From positions 14,213 to 78,212 of the forward strand of contig JABMOI010000025.1 of the NCBI GenBank assembly GCA_013204185.1: DNA of 64,000 nt, read 5' to 3'. The notes under the pieces are model-generated. The model was not told the DNA's origin and ran no database searches. It worked only from the letters and a program-made list of their open reading frames with translations. A program made the position numbers and the translations under genes. Positions within the stretch are counted from its first letter, which is position 1; every line of letters begins with the position of its first letter. Shown here piece by piece: positions 54,516-62,553 of the stretch. The DNA is from a bacterium (GTDB taxonomy: Bacteria; Bacteroidota; Rhodothermia; Rhodothermales; UBA10348).

Positions 54516-56185
54516 GTACGTTATCAGACCTAGGAATCTTGGCGTGGGAGGCTCTTTGGCTTCCTGTGTTTGTGTGGACCGTCTGCATGGGAACGCTGCT
54601 GCTCGTGCTAAAAGCCGTGCCATCTAAGTGGATTCAAATTCAACTGGATCTTCGGTTAGCGGGCTTAATGGCGCTCTTGGTGGGCGTTGTGACCTCATGG
54701 ATTTTTCCGCTCACACCGGAATCCGCTGTGCCCTTTTTCAACGTGCCATTTTTCACGGTGGCTAATCCGCTCATTTCGTCTGCGCCTGTTGCAGTATCCA
54801 CTCCTGAAGTTGCCGCGCTCGAAACCGTCTTTTCAGCCTTTACCGCAATCGGGCTTTTGACCCTATTCGCCGGATTAGTAGCCGTTTGGGGAGTATTTCA
54901 GCTCCTATTGGGTGGCTATCGTCTAAATGACGTGCTCCGCCGCTCAGGAAAAGTGGAAGGAATCGCTTCGATTCATTCATCCGTGGAAGTCATGGTGTCT
55001 TCGGAAACCGAAGTCGCCTTTTCTGCTGGGATTTTCCGCAGACGGATTGTTCTTCCATCGAATGTTTCTGCAGAGGATCTGCCGGCTGTTTTAGCACACG
55101 AACTGAGCCATCATACCAACGGCGACATTGTCCGCACCTGGATAAGCCACTGCGTACGCGCCTTGTTTTTCTTTCATCCGTTGGTCCACTTTATCCACTC
55201 GGAGTGCCAGCTTCTAACTGAGATTGCCTGCGATCGTCGGATTTTAGACAGCTCGGCCCTCGAACCGCGTGCCTACGCCGACCTCTTAGTTCGAAGCACC
55301 CCCCAATCTAATCGGAACGCGCCCATTTTGGCGCTCGCACACTCCCCATCACAGCTTAGAAAACGAATTACAGCTATGAAAAACACGTTTGAACTGCCCT
55401 TCTCAGGGTCTCAACTCACGCTTCTTGGAGCGCTCTTTGTCTTCCTCATTGGAGGACTTGTTGGATGTACCGACTTCCAAGTGGGCCCTACAGAAACTGA
55501 TGTAGCTATGGAAGGCTACGATCTGATCATGGAACTGCCTGAAGCGCCCGCTTCCCCTGAAGGTCCGTTTGTGATTGTTGAACAAAGCCCCACGCTTATA
55601 GGTGGTCTTGACGGACTCCAGTCTAAAATTCAGTACCCAGCAACCGCCAAGAGAGCTGGCGTAGAAGGTCGTGTGTTTCTTCAGTTTGTTGTTCAGCCAG
55701 ACGGCAGCGTAACGGATGCCATTATTACTCGAGGAATCGGCGCTGGGTGCGACGAAGAGGCCCTCAGAATGGTGCAAAATGCCAAGTTCATCCCGGGCGT
55801 TCAAACTGGAATGCGCGTTCCCGTTAAAATGAGCCTTCCCGTCACGTTCAAGTTGGATGAAAACGGAGAACCCATCACAGACCCTGCATTGTTAAAAGCG
55901 GCGACCAAGCCGCCTACTTCTCGCTTTCCGGCAGTCGATGTAAGTGAAGTTCGGATGCTCGAGAGCATCGAGGATGTTGACTTTGATTTTGACATTGTGA
56001 TGGTAACAACGAGTGTTACTGGGTCAATGAGTATGGAAGGCATAGAGGCTTCGGGAGCGAGCTTAGGTGCAGATTACATTATCAAGCCGAGTCCTAAAAA
56101 CGTTTCATTTCTTAAAGAGAAAGGAGTAAAGTATGGAGGGCTTCAAGCTGAAAATTCAGTGATCTTGATTCGCCGCAAACGCTAA
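54512..56185 (+). CDS. BlaR1-like M56 metallopeptidase signal transducer fused to a TonB C-terminal domain
   Basis: Four TM helices and the zinc motif LAHELSHHTNGD. The C-terminal domain EQSPTLIGGLDGLQSKIQYPATAKRAGVEGRVFLQFVVQPDGSVTDAIITRGIGAGCDEEALRMV is typical of TonB_C. Confidence 0.85.
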   Translation: MSTLSDLGILAWEALWLPVFVWTVCMGTLLLVLKAVPSKWIQIQLDLRLAGLMALLVGVVTSWIFPLTPESAVPFFNVPFFTVANPLISSAPVAVSTPEVAALETVFSAFTAIGLLTLFAGLVAVWGVFQLLLGGYRLNDVLRRSGKVEGIASIHSSVEVMVSSETEVAFSAGIFRRRIVLPSNVSAEDLPAVLAHELSHHTNGDIVRTWISHCVRALFFFHPLVHFIHSECQLLTEIACDRRILDSSALEPRAYADLLVRSTPQSNRNAPILALAHSPSQLRKRITAMKNTFELPFSGSQLTLLGALFVFLIGGLVGCTDFQVGPTETDVAMEGYDLIMELPEAPASPEGPFVIVEQSPTLIGGLDGLQSKIQYPATAKRAGVEGRVFLQFVVQPDGSVTDAIITRGIGAGCDEEALRMVQNAKFIPGVQTGMRVPVKMSLPVTFKLDENGEPITDPALLKAATKPPTSRFPAVDVSEVRMLESIEDVDFDFDIVMVTTSVTGSMSMEGIEASGASLGADYIIKPSPKNVSFLKEKGVKYGGLQAENSVILIRRKR

Positions 56186-56213
56186 CTCCAAGTAGCCAAA
56201 TGATTTATGCTGA

Positions 56214-56253
56214 AGAGGCGGTTGTGCGAAAGCGCAACCGCCTCTCTTCATTT
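56214..56253 (+). terminator. Strong stem-loop between convergent genes (terminator, possibly bidirectional)
   Basis: The stem has 13-14 bp, AGAGGCGGTTGTGC / GCGCAACCGCCTCT with one G-U pair, and a GAAA loop (56214-56245), followed by CTTCATTT. Confidence 0.7.
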
Positions 56254-56280
56254 AACATCTACAATCGGACATGTCCCGAA

Positions 56281-56799
56281 CTAAGGAGCTCCAAAAAGAT
56301 TCTTAACCGTCTTCATGGACAGGTACAGATGAAGGCTGTCGTCTAAAAGAGCTGAAAAACCATACTGCAAGTAGAACTGCTTGGCCGCTTCTGTCTTTGC
56401 ATCGACTTCAACAGCGTAAACACCCACTTTTACGGATACCTTGAGAGACTTCTTGAGGGCATCAATCAGCAACAAGCCTCCGATTCCCTGCCCTCGCGCT
56501 TCCAAACTTGTTGCAAGCCGACCAATTCGCACAACTGGTACGGGATAGCGAGGGAGACGACCTGCTTCTTCGTCCGGCAAATCGTGGCGCGCCACCTGGC
56601 CGTTTGAAATGCAATAATATCCAAGAATGGTGGACTCACCTGGGCGAACCGCCACGTAGGTAACGCTCAGGCCTTTCTTAAAATTCTGCTTTGCGTGCTT
56701 GTGTAAAAACTGATTTAAGGCTGCGTCGCCGCAATCAAACTCTGACCTGATATGTTTGTCAGATAGTTGAACGATTTCAATGCGTTCCCTCTCAGTCAT
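56281..56799 (-). CDS. GNAT-family acetyltransferase toxin (TacT/KacT-like) of a type II toxin-antitoxin pair
   Basis: FDCGDAALNQFLHKHAKQN, LPRYPVPVVRIGRLATSLEARGQGIGGLLLIDAL and AKQFYLQYGF are the hallmarks of DUF1778-associated GNAT toxins. It overlaps the antitoxin gene by 8 nt. Confidence 0.85.
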   Translation of the reverse strand: MTERERIEIVQLSDKHIRSEFDCGDAALNQFLHKHAKQNFKKGLSVTYVAVRPGESTILGYYCISNGQVARHDLPDEEAGRLPRYPVPVVRIGRLATSLEARGQGIGGLLLIDALKKSLKVSVKVGVYAVEVDAKTEAAKQFYLQYGFSALLDDSLHLYLSMKTVKNLFGAP

Positions 56800-57115
56800 G
56801 CGATCCAGAGACCTGTTCTTGGTACTGCTCTAACGCTTTGGTCAACTTTGAGTTGGGTGCAGAATCCGAGGTTAGAATTGCATTAAACGTTTCCCAGTCA
56901 CGGAGCGTGAGTTCAGTTGCGTTATGCTCTTGGATCACTTTTAGCGATTCGCTCATAAGTGTAGAAAGGACAAATGAGGAAACGGATTCGCCCATCAAGG
57001 CGGCTGCCTTCTCAATAATTGATTTTTGAGAAGCCGTAGATCGTAGGTCTAGACGAGCGTCTTTTGGGGCGTCGTCAGTCGGTAAGGAGCTGCTTTTATT
57101 GGCTATGGAAGACAT
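56792..57115 (-). CDS. DUF1778 (TacA/KacA-like) ribbon-helix-helix antitoxin
   Basis: ARLDLRSTASQKSIIEKAAALMGESVSSFVLSTLMSESLKVIQE matches the RHH and helical pattern of DUF1778 antitoxins. It is 107 aa and lies upstream of, and overlapping, the GNAT gene. Confidence 0.8.
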   Translation of the reverse strand: MSSIANKSSSLPTDDAPKDARLDLRSTASQKSIIEKAAALMGESVSSFVLSTLMSESLKVIQEHNATELTLRDWETFNAILTSDSAPNSKLTKALEQYQEQVSGSHD

Positions 57116-57267
57116 CTATCACCTATTGAGGCCGGAATCAATCAGTGTGTACGGTAAAAATACGTACAAATAAATGATCGGCGAAAACCTTTGTTTCCAT
57201 AGCTCGGGAAAGATGCCCAACCATACTAGAGGAATACCGAGCGCGGGTGTAACGTGAAAAAGCTTTC

Positions 57268-59841
57268 TTATTCCGACTTGAGCACTTCTGCTGCGTTGAT
57301 ATTGGCAATCTTACGAGATTGAGCAAATACAGCGCTTGCAGCGGTTGAGAATAACAAAATAAAGGCAACGGCAATCGGTAGCGGTCCAAGTGGCATATTC
57401 TGGGTATCGAACATAGAAAGAAGCCCATTTATGGCTGCAACACAAAGGACGGATGAGATGGCTGCCGCTACTCCCAGCAGCAGGATAAATTTCTTGTTGA
57501 GTTCGAAGGTTAGGTGAGATGCGCTGGCCCCGAGTGATTTCCTCACGGCCATTTCTTTCATTCGTGTCACAGCATTTTGGGACGCCAAGCCGAATAACCC
57601 CATGCACGCAATGAGAAGCGACAGAAAGGCAATGGTCATGAACATGGCGTTCATCTTCCCAAGCGATTCGTAGCTGATATCGAACACTTCGTTTTGGTAG
57701 AAATAGGTGAGCACGGCTCCTGGAAATACCTTTTCCCAGCCAGCTTTTACAATGTCTATATCAAAACGTGAAGGCACTTTGAGCGTCGCAACGGCGTAGT
57801 TTGCCGGATCCGATTTCGTGTAAACGATGGGAAAGTCAGCCCCCACAGGATTAGTAAGGACATTGTCTATTAATCCAATCACGGTCACGGACCGGTTGTC
57901 AAGCCGAAAAGATTGACCGATGGCTTCTTCCCAGCCTGACTCCTCAGCAAAGACCTTGTTCACCAGAACGGATGTACTGTCTAGTCCGGCAAGTTCAGGG
58001 ACAAATTCTCTGCCCTCAAGGGTGGGAATATTCATGGATTCGAAATAGCGATCTCCAACCGATATGAGACGCACAGTCTGTTCGGTGCCGTCCACATTTA
58101 CTCTGCCCGAGGAGCCACCTTGTCCAATATGGTGTGCTGCACCGGCAATCAATTCGATCTGCGGGTATTGGCCGAGCTCCCCTTCAAGCAATTTGAATTG
58201 ATCGTTTCCGGTCAAATTGACAACTAATGTGTTTTCTGCCTGATAGCCCCAATCGACATTGAGCAAATGTTGATTGTTCATCCCCATGTAAACCGAAACC
58301 ACAACCGTTATGAAGGCGATCGCGAACTGAACGGTCATGAGGCTCCTAGTAAGCCACGCCGACCGGCTGATTTTGCTCTGCCCCCGCAAGATGGCGGAGG
58401 GCTCAAAGGACGAAATGTAAAAAGCAGGATATGCACCTGAAATGAAGGCAACGCCGACCAGCATGGCAAAGAGAAAGACAAACAGAGGAAGGTCGACGGA
58501 CTTGGCGATATCAATTTGTTCAACAAACAGGTTGTTGAAAAGAGGCACGAGCACGGTGTAGGCTAAGGCTACCCCAACTAATAAGGAGAGCCCACACAGG
58601 ATGATGTTCTCTGCCAAGAATTGAGTAGCCAATTGTTTTCGACTTCCACCCACCACTTTGCGGATACCAATTTCTTTCAATCTGCGGAGCGCGCTGGCGA
58701 GCGTGATGTTCACATAGTTGATGCATGAAAGAGCCAGCATGAAGAGCGGTATTAGAATAAATACCGCCATAAAGGGCCATTCTGTAGCATGAAAGCTTCG
58801 ATTTCGGACTAAAAAAGCCGTTACTCCTTTGTGGCGAAGGTTTTCTAAGTCAAAAGAAGTGATTTGCCATCCCTCGTTGGCTGCATTTTGAACTGGAATA
58901 AAGCTCGCCATTCCTTCCAGAATGGGTTCTATTTCCGAGCCGGGGGTTAGCATAAGAAACGTCCCGTCCACGAACTGCCCCCAATCGTTTCGGGCGGTAT
59001 TCGACATGGCGTTCGGGTTGTTCGCCGATATCATCACATCAAATCGGAAGCCAGAATTGGTAGGAAATTTCTCGGCGATTCCCGCTACTACGAACGCCTG
59101 ACGGTCCGTACCATCAAAGGAAAGGGTGATGACTTCGCCCAAGGGATCGCTTTTGCCAAAATACTTTTCGGCAGTCCGCTCACTAATGATGACGTTGGAC
59201 TCATTGTCCAGAGCTGATTTTTGTCCCAACCGGAGCGGAAACGTGAACATGTTGAAAAAACCTGGATCAGCAAACACGATGGATTCTGAAATGGTTTTAC
59301 TTCCGTATTCGAATAGGGCGCGGCGTTGGATAATGCGAACAGACTCTTCAACCTGAGGGAAGGTCTCTTTCAAAACGGGTCCCAGAGGAGTGGGCGATGT
59401 CCCCCATTTCGGAAGGCCACCTGCTTCTGGCACTTCATGGGTAACCATGTAGATCCGGTTCCCATTTTCATGAAATCGGTCGACGGTTGCGAAGTCTTTG
59501 ACGAATAAGAAAACAGCGATACATGCCGCTAAAGCGACTGACAATCCAAATAGGTTGATGGCTGAGGAGACTTTGTTTTTTAGCAAGTTGCGCCGGCCGA
59601 CCAGCAAATAATTTTTCCACATAACAAAGCTCCAGTACAGTTTGGCAAGGATAATTTCAGGGATTAAGCGCAGGAGTTGCATCGCGTACCAACGCTTGGC
59701 AGCAAAACGCCCGTGGTCGCGTGCAATGGAACTGAAGTACTCTTCGTAGTCCCCAGCAGGAGTTTGGGAATCGTCGGGCAGCAACTGATTCAAAAGAAAC
59801 GAGGCCCAACGCGGCGGTGGAGTGTGTTTCGGTTGACTCAT
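57268..59841 (-). CDS. FtsX/MacB-like ABC transporter permease with duplicated permease domains (ADOP-type)
   Basis: The N-terminal cytoplasmic segment (PPRWASFLLNQLLPDD ... RWYAMQLLRL) is followed by two copies of TM + large periplasmic domain + 3 TM. FtsX motifs are RRLKEIGIRKVVGGSRKQL and TRMKEMAVRKSLGASASHL. Confidence 0.85.
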   Translation of the reverse strand: MSQPKHTPPPRWASFLLNQLLPDDSQTPAGDYEEYFSSIARDHGRFAAKRWYAMQLLRLIPEIILAKLYWSFVMWKNYLLVGRRNLLKNKVSSAINLFGLSVALAACIAVFLFVKDFATVDRFHENGNRIYMVTHEVPEAGGLPKWGTSPTPLGPVLKETFPQVEESVRIIQRRALFEYGSKTISESIVFADPGFFNMFTFPLRLGQKSALDNESNVIISERTAEKYFGKSDPLGEVITLSFDGTDRQAFVVAGIAEKFPTNSGFRFDVMISANNPNAMSNTARNDWGQFVDGTFLMLTPGSEIEPILEGMASFIPVQNAANEGWQITSFDLENLRHKGVTAFLVRNRSFHATEWPFMAVFILIPLFMLALSCINYVNITLASALRRLKEIGIRKVVGGSRKQLATQFLAENIILCGLSLLVGVALAYTVLVPLFNNLFVEQIDIAKSVDLPLFVFLFAMLVGVAFISGAYPAFYISSFEPSAILRGQSKISRSAWLTRSLMTVQFAIAFITVVVSVYMGMNNQHLLNVDWGYQAENTLVVNLTGNDQFKLLEGELGQYPQIELIAGAAHHIGQGGSSGRVNVDGTEQTVRLISVGDRYFESMNIPTLEGREFVPELAGLDSTSVLVNKVFAEESGWEEAIGQSFRLDNRSVTVIGLIDNVLTNPVGADFPIVYTKSDPANYAVATLKVPSRFDIDIVKAGWEKVFPGAVLTYFYQNEVFDISYESLGKMNAMFMTIAFLSLLIACMGLFGLASQNAVTRMKEMAVRKSLGASASHLTFELNKKFILLLGVAAAISSVLCVAAINGLLSMFDTQNMPLGPLPIAVAFILLFSTAASAVFAQSRKIANINAAEVLKSE

Positions 59842-60170
59842 TTTAAGCCTCGCTCCAACGCGTTAACTGAAATGCCGTCCCACATGGACTGCCCGACCGC
59901 ATTAATTTCTAGTAGCGCCCGTCTGCCACCCGAAGTCAGGGAATAAATTCGTTTGGGCCTACCGCCCCGTTCCGGAATTGGTTCGGATAATTCCGATTTG
60001 ATCAGGTTCTGTTTTACCAGCCGCTCTAGCGGAGCATACACTGAACTCAAGGACCAATCTCTTCCCGTGATCTCTTGAAGGCGCCCTTGAATGGGCAACG
60101 TGTAGGCTTCCTCTTGCAATTTCCAGATCGCAAGTAGGATGTATTCTTCGCTTCGAGTTAGGTGATTCAT
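59838..60170 (-). CDS. PadR family transcriptional regulator
   Basis: Winged-helix sequence EEYILLAIWKLQEEAYTLPIQGRLQEITGRDWSLSSVYAPLERLVKQNLIKSE ... RPKRIYSLTSGGRRAL. The stop overlaps the permease start (ATGA). Confidence 0.85.
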   Translation of the reverse strand: MNHLTRSEEYILLAIWKLQEEAYTLPIQGRLQEITGRDWSLSSVYAPLERLVKQNLIKSELSEPIPERGGRPKRIYSLTSGGRRALLEINAVGQSMWDGISVNALERGLK

Positions 60171-60284
60171 GTCTTCGTTTCGCAGTTCATGTCTGGCGGG
60201 CGCCGTTTTCTGCGCGCAAAAACACCTTTACGGGCCGTACAGGGATTGTTTCACTTCTGGTAAAAACCAACGAAGATATGTTTT

Positions 60285-60300
60285 ACTTTTTGTAAAAAGT
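60285..60300. promoter_or_regulatory. Inverted repeat ACTTTTT-GT-AAAAAGT upstream of the PadR operon (candidate operator)
   Basis: Seven-bp perfect arms lie 115 nt upstream of the PadR start. The repeat is AT-only and has a 2-nt spacer, so it is not a terminator hairpin. Confidence 0.3.
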
Positions 60301-60333
60301 GACCCTAGCAAATACGCAACCACCGAACGCTCC

Positions 60334-61938
60334 TTAAGAGCCTTTCTTCCGACCACCACCAGCGAAAAAGTCACCACCCACATTTATGTTACCGGTTGCT
60401 GTAAACGTATGTCCTGTGCCGGTAACGTTTAACTCAATAGATGACGTTCCTGGTTCGAAACCGGTAACAGCCTCACTCAGCGCCTCTGCTGCTTGTTGGA
60501 CTGCAGCTGAACTCAGCGGCTGGAGTTTTTTTAGATCACCCATAAAGAGCTTCAGATAAGCCTCGCTATTGGGTTTCTCTTCCAAATCCTCCAGACTATA
60601 CATCACAGAAGTAGCACCCTCAAGGCCTTTAATGGAGTCCTTGAGCTTCTCGAACGCGTCCGTGATATCTGGCTTTTTGTCTCCTGAAAGAGCTAACGCC
60701 ATAAGCATTCCGAGGTCCTCTTCTTTGCCAGGCGCCCACACTTGGTCCGATACGGTGTTCGAGGACCCACTGGAAGGCGGATTTTTAGGCTCTTCCAAAT
60801 TAGAATTAGCTTCCGTAACTGGAAGCCGCTCTATCCCAAATAATCTACCATTGGGAGTCCGCATGAACAGAACGGGAGTAGCCCACTCTACATCTCTTGA
60901 GTTTCCGTGGAAAATTTCAATCCTTCCGGCAGAGGCTGCCTTGTCCACTTTGCCGGACCGGAAAAGCTCGGAGTAGAATCCTTTCGAAAATTGAACCGCA
61001 GCATCGACCGAAATCACATATTGCATCGCAATAACGGCTGGAAGTCCGCTTTTTACGAGGGCTGTAGCAACGCCTTGGAACGGATCATAGTCTGTATTGA
61101 AGGTGGTCTCTGCCGTTTTGCAAGCATTTAGAACTACCATTCGCATCGTGGCGTGGTTACGAAGCAACGTCCCCAGTTCTAACCCATCAATCTTTCGGAC
61201 TGCGTGTGATCCATCGTCACCTTCCAGATAAAGAAACCCCTTTCCTGAGCCGCGCATGAATGAACCATGCCCTAAATAGTGGAACGAGTGATAGTCCTTC
61301 TGACTCAACACTTCGCGAATAGAGGAGACGCTGGCGTTGCTGACAAAGGTGACTTCAATATCCTTCCGCTCCGCGAAAAGGGAATGAAACTGGCCTAGTT
61401 CTTTTTCAACGAGCGAATGGTCAATGTCGAATGTCCCTGTGGGATTGGCCACCGCAACCAAGATGCGCAATGGAGAATGAATCTGATTCACCACGGTCGG
61501 GGCGTCCACATCAACATGTCTTACAATCCAACACCTAGCCTGAGTAGATAAAGGACGATTTTTATGCTTGGCCAGCAATTCCCACGGGATGGCAGAAAGT
61601 CTCGCAGTGTTCTCGTCATCCAAATTCATAACGAGTCTAATTCTGACCCCGTCCACATCTGGCTGATCGTCAATATCCAATGTGCGGTCGAACAAACTCA
61701 CCAAATCGTCCCGAACCAATGCGTCAAAGAGAATTTCCCCTATATGTTCTTCGCTACGCAACGAACTATCATCTGAAAGAAGACTTTTGGTTCGTCGGAG
61801 TAATTTGCCAGCTTCTTCCGGCTCAAATGGCAGCGAAAACGTACTTCTGCTTACGCCTCGTTCCGAATTGGCATCAACAGAAAACACTCCTGGGGACTCC
61901 AATCGAAATTCAATTCGGAGTTCGCGTTCCTTTACCAT
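60334..61938 (-). CDS. CHAT-domain (caspase-like) protease with a C-terminal helical module and a Gly/Asn/Thr-rich terminal motif
   Basis: The CHAT core has catalytic contexts YHSFHYLGHGSF (His) and MRMVVLNACKTAE (Cys). There is no signal peptide or TM. The C-terminal ~120 aa is paralogous to the upstream 138-aa protein. The ATG at 61938 lies 19 nt after the upstream stop (the alternative TTG at 61950 lies 7 nt after). Confidence 0.85.
   Translation of the reverse strand: MVKERELRIEFRLESPGVFSVDANSERGVSRSTFSLPFEPEEAGKLLRRTKSLLSDDSSLRSEEHIGEILFDALVRDDLVSLFDRTLDIDDQPDVDGVRIRLVMNLDDENTARLSAIPWELLAKHKNRPLSTQARCWIVRHVDVDAPTVVNQIHSPLRILVAVANPTGTFDIDHSLVEKELGQFHSLFAERKDIEVTFVSNASVSSIREVLSQKDYHSFHYLGHGSFMRGSGKGFLYLEGDDGSHAVRKIDGLELGTLLRNHATMRMVVLNACKTAETTFNTDYDPFQGVATALVKSGLPAVIAMQYVISVDAAVQFSKGFYSELFRSGKVDKAASAGRIEIFHGNSRDVEWATPVLFMRTPNGRLFGIERLPVTEANSNLEEPKNPPSSGSSNTVSDQVWAPGKEEDLGMLMALALSGDKKPDITDAFEKLKDSIKGLEGATSVMYSLEDLEEKPNSEAYLKLFMGDLKKLQPLSSAAVQQAAEALSEAVTGFEPGTSSIELNVTGTGHTFTATGNINVGGDFFAGGGRKKGS
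60358..60438 (-). other. Coding segment for the shared terminal motif IELNVTGTGHTFTATGNINVGGDFFAG (CHAT protein)
   Basis: A hand alignment to the motif at 61978-62058 gives 18 of 27 identical residues. The DNA differs at many synonymous positions. Confidence 0.8.
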
Positions 61939-61956
61939 GGTGTTTAACAAGGTGTG

Positions 61957-62373
61957 CTAATCCGAAGAGTTTGAGTTGCCGCCGTGAAAGTCGCCCCCAA
62001 TATTTATGTCGCCGGTGGCGGTAAACATGTGATTCGAACCAGAGACATTGAGTTTAATGTTGGTAGGTGCCCCTTCACTGAATCCGCCTGGCTGTTTCTT
62101 CAATTCGGCAATCAACTCGGCTAAGGCCGTCAATATTTCTGGGTCCTGGTCCATGTCACTGTCCCGGACGTTTTCTGCCAGCACTGCCTTCAAGTCCTCA
62201 TTTTCCGGTTCTGCCTCTAAGCGTTCCAACTTCCTGCCGGCGCTACCAAATCTCTTCGTAATCATCTCTTTTACTTTCGAGTAGGCAGCCTTCAGAGTGG
62301 CCGTGGTAGCGTCCGCCGTAACGGTGACGGCGGCCTTTACCAAGGCATCAATGATTTGTTGTTGAGGATCCAT
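61957..62373 (-). CDS. Small helical protein (138 aa) ending in the same terminal motif as the CHAT protease; family unknown
   Basis: Ala/Thr-rich amphipathic N-terminus (IIDALVKAAVTVTADATTATLKAAY), an acidic helical middle, a Gly/Pro linker, then IKLNVSGSNHMFTATGDINIGGDFHGG. It lies immediately upstream of the CHAT gene on the same strand. Confidence 0.7.
   Translation of the reverse strand: MDPQQQIIDALVKAAVTVTADATTATLKAAYSKVKEMITKRFGSAGRKLERLEAEPENEDLKAVLAENVRDSDMDQDPEILTALAELIAELKKQPGGFSEGAPTNIKLNVSGSNHMFTATGDINIGGDFHGGNSNSSD
61978..62058 (-). other. Coding segment for the shared terminal motif IKLNVSGSNHMFTATGDINIGGDFHGG (small protein)
   Basis: See the partner segment at 60358-60438. 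Confidence 0.8.
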
Positions 62374-62553
62374 AGTTGAAGATTGGCTCGTCTTTGGAGG
62401 AGGTTAAGGCATCGGGCCGAGGGGAAGATCAGGAAGAGTTGTGTTGCTGTCTTTCACATTTCGTTGTTATTGTCGCTAAAACCGCCGACATTTCCAATTA
62501 AGTGACTATCGCGTGATCTTCCCAGACCCATTCTTTCAACTTCGTCCAGACCA

